In this document: positions 26,385-35,564 of the stretch, in pieces | Position numbering within the stretch: position 1 is the first letter of the stretch | Layout of the letters: each line of letters opens with the position of its first letter | The notes under the pieces: model-generated | Databases searched by the model: none | Told to the model about the DNA's origin: nothing | Seen by the model: the letters and a program-made list of their open reading frames with translations, nothing else | Assembly (NCBI GenBank): GCA_937907535.1 | Contig: CALCID010000067.1 | Location: 1 to 43,120 of the forward strand | From: an uncultured bacterium | Lineage (GTDB): Bacteria; Gemmatimonadota; Gemmatimonadetes; Longimicrobiales; RSA9 | Direction: 5' to 3' | Length of the DNA stretch: 43,120 nucleotides | Translations under genes and position numbers: made by a program

Positions 26385-27165
26385 GGTTCAGGTCTCCGCG
26401 CACGCGGGCGATGGTCTCCGGGTCCGGCCCCTCGGTGGAGACGCGGCGGCTCGACTCGTTGAAGCCGCCGAAGTCCGGCGGCTCGGCCGGGGAGAAGTCC
26501 GAGCCGACCCGTTCCAGGAGCGGTTGCACGGCGGCGATGAAGCGCTGGCGCAGCTCGGAGCCGGCGGCGTCCACGACGCGCTGCCGGACGAGCCCGGCCG
26601 CCCGGGGCGAGTCCGGGCCGAACCAGCGGAGGAGGCCGGGCAGGACGCGTTCGGCGGAGGCGCGGAGCGCGGCCCGGGCGACGTCGCCGGAATCCGCGAC
26701 ACGCCGGAACCAGGCCTCGCCGTGCGCCGCGTGGAACCGCTCCTCCTCCAGCATCTTCTCGACGCGCTGCCGAACCGGCGCGTAGCTCGTGCCGCGCAGC
26801 GCCTCGAGCTGGAGTGAGAGCGCGGTGTCCGCGAACGCGTTCAGCGCCACCAGGTCCGTCCACTCCGCCGCGGGCCGGTCCAGCGCCTCCATGCTGAAGT
26901 ACGCGGACGGCTCCCGGCCGTGCTCCAGCATGACCACGTCCTCGCCGAAGTCCCGGAGCAGCGAGTAGAGGAGCCGGGCGTGGCCCCACTCGTCCTGGGC
27001 CATGGATGCGCACGCGATCCCGGCCTCCAGCTCCGGCGCGCCCAGGATCCATTCCGCGTAGCGCATCCCGAGCAGCCGCTTGCTGTCCGCCAGGACCAGG
27101 ATCAGGTCCCGGATCGCGGCGCCGGTCTCCGCGTCGAGCGCAACGGTGGGTTCGACGGTGGCCAC
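26365..27165 (-). CDS. paaC: 1,2-phenylacetyl-CoA epoxidase subunit C (PaaC)
   Basis: ~266 aa ferritin-like fold lacking full di-iron ligands, as in PaaC (ASMAQDEWGHARLLYSLL). The GTG at 27165 has GGGAGG 5 nt upstream, 1 nt after the paaB stop. Confidence 0.7.
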   Translation of the reverse strand: MATVEPTVALDAETGAAIRDLILVLADSKRLLGMRYAEWILGAPELEAGIACASMAQDEWGHARLLYSLLRDFGEDVVMLEHGREPSAYFSMEALDRPAAEWTDLVALNAFADTALSLQLEALRGTSYAPVRQRVEKMLEEERFHAAHGEAWFRRVADSGDVARAALRASAERVLPGLLRWFGPDSPRAAGLVRQRVVDAAGSELRQRFIAAVQPLLERVGSDFSPAEPPDFGGFNESSRRVSTEGPDPETIARVRGDLNRAFRLD

Positions 27166-27166
27166 C

Positions 27167-27388
27167 TCAACCTCCCGCGGCCGTAGCCGCACGCGCGGGC
27201 TCCACGTCCGCGCGGTTGAAGACCTCGATGAAGCGGTCCCGCGGAACGATCCACATGTCGAACCACTTCTCCTCGTCGTACTTGCTGTAGGCGTAGACCC
27301 GCGCCAGGGCGTCATCCGGCGCGTTCAGGTTGCCGATGTGGCGGAGCGGCTCGCCGCGGCTCTTGCGGGCAAAGACTTCGTACACCAT
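27167..27388 (-). CDS. paaB: 1,2-phenylacetyl-CoA epoxidase subunit B (PaaB)
   Basis: 73 aa. MVYEVFARKSRGEPLRHIGNLNAPD ... WIVPR matches the PaaB family pattern (EVF, HxGS/NxxAPD, Y, W-V). Confidence 0.8.
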   Translation of the reverse strand: MVYEVFARKSRGEPLRHIGNLNAPDDALARVYAYSKYDEEKWFDMWIVPRDRFIEVFNRADVEPARAATAAGG

Positions 27389-27417
27389 GGCTCGTTCGGT
27401 TCGCGGTTCCCGCGGGG

Positions 27418-27831
27418 TCAGGCGGCCACGCCGAACTGGCGGAGCAGTTCCCGACCCTTGTCGGTCAGGCGTTCGCGGGTCCAGGGCGGGTCCCAGACCA
27501 CGTTGATGACGACCTCGTCCACGCCCTCCTCGCGGAGCAGCCGGTCCCGCACGTCGTCGCTGATCATGTCCATGCACGGGCACGCGGTGGCGGTGAAGGT
27601 GAGGTCCACCGCGACCCGGCCGCCGTCGCGGCGGATGCCGTAGACGAGGCCGAGGTCCACCACGCTGATGGGGAACTCCGGGTCCCGCACGTCCTCGAGG
27701 GCCTGCCAGAGCCGGGCCACGGAGGGATCGGCCGGGCCCGGGCCGGTGGCCATGGACGGGGAGCCGGCCGCCGGGGCGTCGCCCGAGGAAGGCGACGTCG
27801 CGCCCGCCGCGTTCCCGGCGCGCGCCTCCAT
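27418..27831 (-). CDS. DUF59/MIP18-family protein, i.e. the N-terminal domain of PaaD, encoded as a separate gene between paaA and paaB
   Basis: The C-terminal ~105 aa (LWQALEDVRDPEFPISVVDLGLVYGI ... TATACPC ... VVWDPPWT) match DUF59 and PaaD. The start is uncertain: the ATG at 27831 gives a Gly/Ala-rich leader and the ATG at 27753 gives the bare domain. Confidence 0.6.
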   Translation of the reverse strand: MEARAGNAAGATSPSSGDAPAAGSPSMATGPGPADPSVARLWQALEDVRDPEFPISVVDLGLVYGIRRDGGRVAVDLTFTATACPCMDMISDDVRDRLLREEGVDEVVINVVWDPPWTRERLTDKGRELLRQFGVAA

Positions 27832-27869
27832 GCCGGCCGCGGCCCCTTCCGCGCCGGTCGGGCCGCCGT

Positions 27870-28814
27870 TCACGCCGCCTCCATCAGCCGGGCGAGGCTG
27901 CCGTGGCTGCGGCGGATCGACTCGACGTACCGCTCGTTCATCGGACCGCGGGCCTTCCAGCGCTGGAAGACCTGGTCCCAGGTGATCTCGCCCTCCTCGA
28001 AGAGCCAGCGCTTCGCCTCCGGGTCGTACTCGCACGGGAAGGGGTAGTCGAGCACGTACTCGCCCTTCGCCTCGTCGTAGTGGGCCGGGACCCGGATCCC
28101 GATCGACTCGCAGAGCGGGACCGTGGACTGCATCCAGACCTGGCGGAGCTGGTCGTTCGTGAGGCCTTTCAGCCGGTACTCGAGCTGGCCGCTGTGGCGC
28201 TTGAGGTTGTCCGGCAGCCCGAACCACTCGAGGGTCATGGGGAACATCCAGTCGACGGCGCGCTGGAGTCGTTCCCGGGCCTCGCCGCCCGCCTGGGCGA
28301 GCCGCCGCATCCAGACCTCGCCGTGCCGGAGGTGGAACGTCTCCTCGAGGTCGACCTTGACCAGGGCGCGCTTGAGCGGGCCGTAGCTGGTGTTGCGGTA
28401 GACGTCGCTGAGGAGCGTGATCCCGGCGCGGTCGAAGAACCCGTTGGCGACGACGAGCTCCACCCAGCTCTCGAGCGGCTGGTCGAACCCGTAGGGGTGC
28501 TTGAACTCGTGGGGTTCGCGGTCGTAGAGGAGCTGTTCCTTGCTGAGCCCCATGTCCTCCAGGAGCCGGTACGCGATGTTCGCGTGGGCGAGCTCATCCT
28601 GGATGATGGCCACGGCGGAGACCATGGTGTTGGTGGAGGGGGCGTGCTGGGCGGCGCCCCAGTAGGCGGGCGCGCTCATCAGCTCGGTGTCCGCCTGGAC
28701 GAGGAGCTGGGTGATGATGGCCTTGCGGTACCCCTCGGTCATCTCGTCGGGCGACTCGAGGATGTAGCCTTCCTGGACCTTTTTCTTGAGTTCTTCGTCG
28801 GTGAACCGGCTCAT
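27870..28814 (-). CDS. paaA: 1,2-phenylacetyl-CoA epoxidase catalytic subunit A (PaaA)
   Basis: 314 aa from the ATG at 28814 (GAGG 6 nt upstream). Di-iron ferritin-like ligand motifs (DELAHAN..., E ... EETFHLRHGE) and the length fit PaaA. The upstream ~750 aa of the long track ORF is antisense to the PBP gene and was rejected. Confidence 0.85.
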   Translation of the reverse strand: MSRFTDEELKKKVQEGYILESPDEMTEGYRKAIITQLLVQADTELMSAPAYWGAAQHAPSTNTMVSAVAIIQDELAHANIAYRLLEDMGLSKEQLLYDREPHEFKHPYGFDQPLESWVELVVANGFFDRAGITLLSDVYRNTSYGPLKRALVKVDLEETFHLRHGEVWMRRLAQAGGEARERLQRAVDWMFPMTLEWFGLPDNLKRHSGQLEYRLKGLTNDQLRQVWMQSTVPLCESIGIRVPAHYDEAKGEYVLDYPFPCEYDPEAKRWLFEEGEITWDQVFQRWKARGPMNERYVESIRRSHGSLARLMEAA

Positions 28815-28967
28815 AGGCGCCTCGTCGGTCGAACGCTCGTTCGAGTCCCCATAGTACGCCGCGGGGGTGAGGACGTCAAGATGAAGGCCGCGGGCGGGGG
28901 AGGCCAGGGTGGGCGTGGGGCGGGAGGGGTGGCGGGTGGCCTCGACCTTGCCCGGGAGCGGGGATCG

Positions 28968-31484
28968 ATGGGAGCCGGGAAGGGAACGGACGGTCGGCGG
29001 GCGGGCCGGGCGCTGGCCTGGGCGCTTCCACCGCTGGTGCTGGTGGTGATGGTGTCGTGGGTGCTGTGGCAGAACTGCGGCCTGGCGGGATGCCCGGACG
29101 TGGAGCTGCTGCGGGGGTACGTGCCGGAGGAGGCGTCGGTGGTGGTGGACCGGGAGGGGCGGGAGCTGGCGAAGCTGTACCGGGTGAGGCGTACGGTGGT
29201 GCCGCTGGACTCGCTGCCGCCGTACGTGCCGGCGGCGGTGGTGGCGGTGGAGGACCGGCGTTTCTGGGAGCACGGCGGCGTGGACTGGCAGCGGGTGGTT
29301 GGGGCGGCGCTGGTGAATCTGCGGGCGGGGCGTTTCCAGCAGGGGTTCAGCACGATCACGATGCAGCTGGCGCGGAACCTGTTCCCGGACCGGCTGCCGG
29401 CGCACGAGCGGACGATCTCGCGGAAGCTCGCGGAGATGCGGGTGGCGTTCGAGATCGAGGCGAAGTACGACAAGAAGGAGATCCTGGAGCTCTATCTGAA
29501 CCAGATCTATTTCGGGAACGGCGCCTGGGGGATCGACGCGGCGGCGGGCGAATATTTCGGGAAGCGGGCGTCGGAGCTGACGCTGGCGGAGGCGGCGCTG
29601 CTCGCGGGGATCGTGCGGGCGCCGTCGCGGCTGAATCCGCGGGTGAACCCGGATTACGCGGTGGGGATGCGGAACGTGGTGCTCCGGCGGATGGTGGAGC
29701 AGGGGCTGGTGTCGGTGGTGGAGGCGGAGGCGGCGTCGCGGGAGGAGTTGAAGCTGGCGCGGGACCGGGTGGACGTGGTGGAGCCGGCGGCGTACTTCGT
29801 GGAGCAGGTGCGGCGGCAGGTGGAGGCGCGGTTGGGGGAGGCGGTGTACACGGGCGGGCTGCGGATCCGGACGACGCTGGATCTGCGGGTGCAGGAGGTG
29901 GCGGAGGAGGAGCTGAGCCGTCAGCTCCGGGCGATCGAGTCGGGGGAGCTGGGCCGGTACACCCGGCCGGTGTACGCGGGGCCGCGGGAGGATGAGGAGC
30001 CGGGTCCGTACTCGCCGTATCTGCAGGGCGCGGTGGTGGTGCTGGACGCGCGGCGTGGGGACGTGCTGGCGTGGGTGGGGGGGCGGGACTTCCGGGACTC
30101 GAAGTTCGACCGGGTGGTGCAGGCGAAGCGTCAGACGGGGAGCGCGTTCAAGCCGTTCGTGTACGCGGCGGCGCTGGCGGCGGGCTATCCGCCGACGACG
30201 ATCCTGGATGACGTGCCGATGCGGATGGAGCTGGCGGGGGGTCAGGTGTGGGCGCCGCAGAACTTCGGGGGGAGCTACGCGGGTCGGATCACGATGCGGC
30301 AGGCGCTGGTGCAGTCGCGGAATGTGGCGACGGTGCGGCTGGCGCAGCGGGTGGGGCTGGAGGCGGTGCTGGATCTGGCGGGCCGACTGGGGCTGAACGG
30401 GTTGCCGGCGGTGCCGTCGGTGGTGATCGGTTCGGGTGCGGTGACGCTGCTGGATCTGACGGCGGCGTATGCGGCGTTCGGGCGTGGCGGGCGGCGGCCG
30501 GTGCCGCGGCTGATCCTTAGCGTGAAGGACCGGCGGGGCCGGGAGCTCTGGCCGCGGGCGCCGGAGCCGAAGCGGGTGCTGGATCCCGGGGTGGCGTTCG
30601 TGGTGACGGACCTGATGCGGGACGTGGTGGACCGGGGGACGGCCACGTCGATCCGGCGGGTGGGTTACTGGGGCCCGGCGGCGGGGAAGACGGGGACGAC
30701 GAACGATGCGACGGACGTGTGGTTCGTGGGGGTGACGCCGGAGCTGGCGGCGGGGGTGTGGGTGGGGTTCGACCGGCCGCGGACGGTGGTGCCGGGGGCG
30801 ACGGGCGGGGAGGTGGCGGCGCCGATCTGGGGCCGGATCATGCGGCGGATCGCGCCGGCGGATGCGCCGGGCTGGAGCCCGCCGCCGGGGGTGGAGGTGC
30901 GGGAGGTGGACGAGTGGGGGAACGTGGTGGCGCCGGGCTGTTACGTGGTCGGGCCGACGCGGCCGGAGTACTTCCTGGCGGGGACCGCGCCGCCGGCGCG
31001 GTGCGGTGGCGGGTATGCCCGGGGGTGGGGAGGCCGGTCGCCGGGGGACACGGTGGACCTGCCGGGCACGCCGCAGGAGGAGGCGTTCCATCGGCGGGTA
31101 TGGCGCCGGTTCTTCGGTGCCGAGCCGAACACGGGGGAGGCGGGCGCGGGGCGGGGGCGGGCACCGGCGGCCCCCACGGACAGCGGCGGGCTCCTGGGCC
31201 GGCCCGTGGACACGGTCCGGGCGCGCCCGTCGGAGCGCGAGCCGCGGGGGGAACGGCGCCGGGAGGAGGCGGAGGAGCGACCGCCGGACACGGTTCGCGA
31301 GCGGGGTGGCGGTGCGCGTCGTCCGGCGGAGCCGGCGCGGCCGGACACGGTGCGCCCTCCCGCCTCTCCGCCGGCGGGCGAGGGTGCGGAGCGCCCCGCG
31401 AGGCGGGACCGGCCGCGGCGGCTCCTAGGCCGTCCCGTCCCGGACCGGGCGCCGCCGGGCGCGCCGGTCGTGCCGCCGCCCTGA
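28968..31484 (+). CDS. Class A penicillin-binding protein (PBP1A-type: transglycosylase plus transpeptidase) with ~150-aa Pro/Arg-rich C-terminal tail
   Basis: TM anchor, GT51 motifs (EDRRFWEHGGVD, GFSTITMQLARN, RKLAEM), and transpeptidase SxxK (SAFK), SRN and KTGT motifs. The start is the ATG at 28968; the ATG at 28881, with GAGGA 7 nt upstream, is an alternative. Confidence 0.8.
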   Translation: MGAGKGTDGRRAGRALAWALPPLVLVVMVSWVLWQNCGLAGCPDVELLRGYVPEEASVVVDREGRELAKLYRVRRTVVPLDSLPPYVPAAVVAVEDRRFWEHGGVDWQRVVGAALVNLRAGRFQQGFSTITMQLARNLFPDRLPAHERTISRKLAEMRVAFEIEAKYDKKEILELYLNQIYFGNGAWGIDAAAGEYFGKRASELTLAEAALLAGIVRAPSRLNPRVNPDYAVGMRNVVLRRMVEQGLVSVVEAEAASREELKLARDRVDVVEPAAYFVEQVRRQVEARLGEAVYTGGLRIRTTLDLRVQEVAEEELSRQLRAIESGELGRYTRPVYAGPREDEEPGPYSPYLQGAVVVLDARRGDVLAWVGGRDFRDSKFDRVVQAKRQTGSAFKPFVYAAALAAGYPPTTILDDVPMRMELAGGQVWAPQNFGGSYAGRITMRQALVQSRNVATVRLAQRVGLEAVLDLAGRLGLNGLPAVPSVVIGSGAVTLLDLTAAYAAFGRGGRRPVPRLILSVKDRRGRELWPRAPEPKRVLDPGVAFVVTDLMRDVVDRGTATSIRRVGYWGPAAGKTGTTNDATDVWFVGVTPELAAGVWVGFDRPRTVVPGATGGEVAAPIWGRIMRRIAPADAPGWSPPPGVEVREVDEWGNVVAPGCYVVGPTRPEYFLAGTAPPARCGGGYARGWGGRSPGDTVDLPGTPQEEAFHRRVWRRFFGAEPNTGEAGAGRGRAPAAPTDSGGLLGRPVDTVRARPSEREPRGERRREEAEERPPDTVRERGGGARRPAEPARPDTVRPPASPPAGEGAERPARRDRPRRLLGRPVPDRAPPGAPVVPPP

Positions 31485-31857
31485 GGGCGATCGTGGCGCC
31501 GGGCCGCGGCCGCCGGCCGGTGGGCGGCCGCGCCCCTGCGGGCGCGCATCCCCCGTGTTGACAACGGACCCGCCGCTTGCGATTCTGCCCCGCCGACCTT
31601 CGCGCACCGCACAGGGTCGTTCACGTGCCGGAGGGAGTCTCGAGGCGGACCGGAGCATCGGTGCCTCGGACGGGTGCGCGTCAATCCGTACCGCGCCGGC
31701 AAGTCCTTTCCGCCATTGCGCGTGTGGAGGTGCGGGGACGGGGCCGCCGGAGCAGCCTCGGGCGGATCGGGGGGAGCGGTGCGGGGTCGGGCCGACACGA
31801 CGCCGACGTCACGGCTCGGCGTCTTCCCATCATCCAGTCGGTGACCATGGAGGGTAC

Positions 31858-33009
31858 ATGCGGATGCTGGTATTGGGCGGCGGGCTACAGGGTTCGGCCT
31901 GCGCCTACGACCTGCTGAAGAACGAGAAAGTCGAGCGCGTCGTGCTCGCGGACCTGAACATCGACCGGATCCCGCCGTTCCTGCGGCAGCTCGCGAACGA
32001 TCCGCGGCTGGAGCTGGTGCGGGTGGACGCGCGGGACGAGGAGGCGGTGTCCAGGGTCATGCAGGGCGTGGACGCGTGCATGAACGCGCTGCCGTACTAC
32101 TTCAACCTGGACATGACCCGGCTCGCCGTGCGGAACGGCGTCCACTACTCGGACCTGGGCGGGAACACGGAGATCGTGTTCCGGCAGCAGGAGCTGGATG
32201 CGGAGGCGCGGGAGCGCGGGGTGAGCGTGATCCCGGACTGCGGTCTGGCGCCGGGGATGGTGAACATCCTGGCCGCGGCGGGGATCGCGGAGCTGGACGA
32301 GCCGGAGTCGGTCCGGATCTTCGTGGGCGGGCTGCCGCAGGAGCCGGAGCCGCCGTTGAACTACCAGATCGTGTACTCGATCGAGGGCGTGCTGGACTAT
32401 TACACCACGCGCTCCTGGGTCCTGCGGGACGGGGAGCCGCGGCAGGTGGACGCCCTGACGGAGATCGAGCCGGTGGAGTTCCCGGAGCCGGTGGGGACGC
32501 TGGAGGCGTTCCACACGGCGGGCGGGCTGTCGACGCTGCCGTGGACGTACCGGGGCCGGCTCAAGACCATGGAGTACAAGACGCTGCGGTACCCCGGGCA
32601 CGCGGAGGCGATGCGGGTGATCCGGGATCTCGGGCTGCTGGGCCTGGATCCGGTCCAGGTCAACGGGCAGGAGGTGGTGCCGCGGAAGGTCTTCATTGCG
32701 TGCGTGGAGCCGCGGCTGCGGAAGGAGGACGGGCGGGACCTGGTGGCGCTGCGGGTGGTGGTTTCGGGGAAGCGTGGCGGCGAGCCCCGGCGGATCACCT
32801 ACGACCTGCTCGACTTCTACGATGAGGCGGCGGGGATCAGCGCCATGGAGCGGACCACCGGGTTCTCGCTCTCGGTGACCGGGCAGATGCAGGTGGACGG
32901 CCGGATCACGGCGCGGGGCGTGCACACGCCGGACCAGTGCGTGCCGGCGGAGGCGTACATCGCGGAGCTGGAGGGCCGCGGGATCCGGATCCGGCGGAGC
33001 GACGGCTGA
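31858..33009 (+). CDS. Saccharopine dehydrogenase-like NAD(P)-binding oxidoreductase
   Basis: The ATG at 31858 is preceded by GGAGGG. The N-terminal Rossmann stretch MRMLVLGGGLQGSACAYDL is present, and the overall length and pattern fit the saccharopine dehydrogenase / carboxynorspermidine synthase-like family. Confidence 0.7.
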   Translation: MRMLVLGGGLQGSACAYDLLKNEKVERVVLADLNIDRIPPFLRQLANDPRLELVRVDARDEEAVSRVMQGVDACMNALPYYFNLDMTRLAVRNGVHYSDLGGNTEIVFRQQELDAEARERGVSVIPDCGLAPGMVNILAAAGIAELDEPESVRIFVGGLPQEPEPPLNYQIVYSIEGVLDYYTTRSWVLRDGEPRQVDALTEIEPVEFPEPVGTLEAFHTAGGLSTLPWTYRGRLKTMEYKTLRYPGHAEAMRVIRDLGLLGLDPVQVNGQEVVPRKVFIACVEPRLRKEDGRDLVALRVVVSGKRGGEPRRITYDLLDFYDEAAGISAMERTTGFSLSVTGQMQVDGRITARGVHTPDQCVPAEAYIAELEGRGIRIRRSDG

Positions 33010-33117
33010 CGCCGCGCTCCGGAGCGTACCGGGAACACAACTTGCGATTTTACGTGCCCGGGCCGGGCCGCAGCGCTCCCGGCGGAATCGGAGCCGTGCG
33101 CAAGGAGGTACGCTCGG

Positions 33118-33720
33118 ATGGCGGACATCAACGTTGAGCGCAAGAGCCCGTCGATCTGGCCGTGGATCGTTGGCCTGCTGGTTCTCGCGCTGCTGATTTG
33201 GGCGATCGCGGAGATGGTCCGGACGGAGCCGGAGACCGCCCCGGTCGCGGAGACGGAGCCGATGACGCCGCCTGCGGCCGTGCCGTCGCCGGCGGAGAGC
33301 CAGCCGGTCCCGCTGCAGACGCTGGCGCCGCTGGGCTCGGAGGACTCGGGCCGCATGGTCCAGACCCGGGGCACGGTGGTGGGGAAGCCGACGGAGGAGG
33401 GGTACTGGCTGCTCACGGATCAGGACATGGTGATCTTCGTCCTGTCGGCGGACGATCCGGAGACGGGCCAGATGGTGGAGATCACGGGGCAACTGCGGCC
33501 GGCGCGGGGGGAGCAGGTCGATCGCTGGCTGGAGCTGGCGGAGCTCCGGCCGGCGGCGGGCTGGAACCTGCACCGGGAGCATTTCATCGCGGTGATGCCG
33601 GCGGCGGGCGCGCCGGTGCAGCCGAGCACGCAGCCGGGCGGGCAGCAGCCCGGTGCCCAGCAGCCGGGTGGGCAGCAACCCGGCGGGCAGCAGTCGGGCT
33701 CGTCGTCTTCGAGGCCGTAG
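33118..33720 (+). CDS. Single-pass membrane protein with Pro-rich linker and C-terminal (QQPGx)n repeat
   Basis: A strong RBS AAGGAGG lies 9 nt upstream of the ATG at 33118. The TM helix is IWPWIVGLLVLALLIWAIA. The C-terminus is QPGGQQPGAQQPGGQQPGGQQ. Confidence 0.6.
   Translation: MADINVERKSPSIWPWIVGLLVLALLIWAIAEMVRTEPETAPVAETEPMTPPAAVPSPAESQPVPLQTLAPLGSEDSGRMVQTRGTVVGKPTEEGYWLLTDQDMVIFVLSADDPETGQMVEITGQLRPARGEQVDRWLELAELRPAAGWNLHREHFIAVMPAAGAPVQPSTQPGGQQPGAQQPGGQQPGGQQSGSSSSRP
33634..33696 (+). repeat. In-frame 15-nt tandem repeat (CAGCAGCCSGGYGSS)x4 encoding QQPGx
   Basis: The nucleotide periodicity is visible directly at the 3' end of the CDS 33118-33720. Confidence 0.7.
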
Positions 33721-34062
33721 GGACGGGGCTCGCCGGGCGGACGCGCCGGGCCGGGTGAGGTCCGGCGGCTGCCCGGCCCCGATGCGCGAAGCGGCCCGCC
33801 GAGGCGCGCGGCTCCGGCCGCGCGCTTCGCACGTCTGTGTTCCGGGGAGGCCGCGCCGGCGGGCGGTACCGGGCGGGGTGGTCGGGCGCCGAGAGATCGG
33901 TCGGAATTCCCGGATCGGGGTCGAAGCTGGAGTGTTCGCGCGGCGGCGCCGTAGCGCGGCCGCGCCGTGGTGTGAACGAGTCGGCCGCGGGCCGGCGCCG
34001 TGCGGGAGGGGTGAGCCATCCCGGGCGGCGCCGCCGCGCCGTGCATGATCTGGAGAGGGACA

Positions 34063-34287
34063 ATGAATCGACGTCCACGCCGGGCAGGGCCGCTCTGGGC
34101 CTGGGTGCTCGGACTGCTCATCCTCATCGTGGTCATCTGGATCCTGGTCACCCGGTCGGGCGGAGGCGAGGAGGCCGCGGCGGCGGCCGCGCCGGGCGGG
34201 TTCCCGCCGGCGGCGGAGGTCGCGGGTACGACGTCGCCTACAACGATCCCCGAAGCGGGCGCCGTGGCGGAATTCCTGCGGGTCTAG
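34063..34287 (+). CDS. Small single-pass membrane protein, paralogous in its TM segment to the upstream 200-aa protein
   Basis: The ATG at 34063 has GGAGAGGGA upstream. The TM helix LWAWVLGLLILIVVIWILV is compared with IWPWIVGLLVLALLIWAIA. Confidence 0.5.
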   Translation: MNRRPRRAGPLWAWVLGLLILIVVIWILVTRSGGGEEAAAAAAPGGFPPAAEVAGTTSPTTIPEAGAVAEFLRV

Positions 34288-34394
34288 CCGGACGCCGGAG
34301 GGGAGCGGCGAGATCGGCCGTGCTCCGGCGGGCCGAAGGTATTACATTGGGGATATCCCGGTGTAGATCCACGACTGGTGCCCCGGAGGACGCC

Positions 34395-35240
34395 ATGAAG
34401 CTCTCCCAAGCGGCAGCGGCGGCCGTGCTGGGGCTGGTGATCGCCAGCCCGGCAGTGGCCCAGGAGCAGGTCACCCGCAGGGTCTTCACGTACATCAACA
34501 ACGACCTCTCGATCCGGGTCGCGGCGGACGCGCCGGGCGAGCTGCACCTCGCCCGGGGCGCGGCGGGCATCATCGAGGTCGCGGCCCGGGCGCCGGACGG
34601 GATCCCCGGCTTCGGCCTCGTGGACACGAACGGCGGGCGGCTCACGCTGACCTCGGCGGGAGCGGAGCGCGTCACGTACCTCGTGGTCGTGCCGGCGAGC
34701 GTGCGGGTGCGGATCGAACTGCCGGACCGCGAGGTGGACGAGTACTTCGGCTCGTTCGAGAACACGGCCACCTACGCGTGGAGCGGCCGGCCGACCCGCA
34801 TGAAGGAGCCGGAGCCGGCGGCCGCGGCGCCGAGCGCGGCGGCGCGGGGCGCGTCGTTCGTCGGACCCGCCCCCGCGGCGGTCCGGATCCCGGACCCGGC
34901 CACCCTCCGCACCGTCACCGTGCGCTGGGAGGGCTCCGTGTTCCGGGTGCAGGGGAGCAGCCCGCTGGAGGTGGAGTCGCAAGAGGTCGGCAGGCTCGAG
35001 ATCCGGCCGTCCAGGCCGGGGACGGATGTGGTCCTGGTCTTGCCCCGGCACGTATCGGACTTCGTGCTGAGCGTCGGGTCCGCGCCCGCGCTCGTCCTGG
35101 ACGCCGGCCGCGCGACCGCGCTCTGCACGCCGATGATGGACCAGCGTCTCGATGAAGATCGCCGCTGGTTCACGTTCACCCCGACCCGCGGCGAGCTCAC
35201 GTGCAGGCCGTGGGTCCAACCGCAACGGGTCGGTCCGTAA
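34395..35240 (+). CDS. Secreted hypothetical protein (signal peptide ... AVA-QE)
   Basis: The ATG at 34395 has GGAGGA 4 nt upstream. A cleavable signal is followed by a ~255-aa beta-rich mature protein with a CTPMMD ... C pair. Confidence 0.6.
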   Translation: MKLSQAAAAAVLGLVIASPAVAQEQVTRRVFTYINNDLSIRVAADAPGELHLARGAAGIIEVAARAPDGIPGFGLVDTNGGRLTLTSAGAERVTYLVVVPASVRVRIELPDREVDEYFGSFENTATYAWSGRPTRMKEPEPAAAAPSAAARGASFVGPAPAAVRIPDPATLRTVTVRWEGSVFRVQGSSPLEVESQEVGRLEIRPSRPGTDVVLVLPRHVSDFVLSVGSAPALVLDAGRATALCTPMMDQRLDEDRRWFTFTPTRGELTCRPWVQPQRVGP

Positions 35241-35306
35241 GTCCGGCCGGGAGCGAGGCGCGGGGCGCGCCCGTGGAGGCCGGCCGCGGGCCGGGAGGAG
35301 CGCGCT

Positions 35307-35564
35307 ATGGAGCAGAACCAGCGGGACGTCCGCACCCCGGAGTGGGTCCTGGAGGAGCTGTACAAGACCGGCCGGCGCTGGATGTCCATGCGAGCGCGGG
35401 CGCGGCGGCACGCTCCCTCGTTCGGCGAAGCGACGGCGGGCGACAATCCGCCGGCGTACGAGGATCCGTCGCGGTCGGATGCGGCTGCGCGGGACGCGCG
35501 GGGGCTGCGGCGCCGGTTCGAGGATCTGGTCGATGAATTCATCGACCGTGTCGAGCGCGAATGA
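35307..35564 (+). CDS. Small charged hypothetical protein (85 aa)
   Basis: Strong RBS GGGAGGAG 7 nt upstream of the ATG. Located immediately upstream of the ECF sigma factor. No recognised motif. Confidence 0.45.
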   Translation: MEQNQRDVRTPEWVLEELYKTGRRWMSMRARARRHAPSFGEATAGDNPPAYEDPSRSDAAARDARGLRRRFEDLVDEFIDRVERE

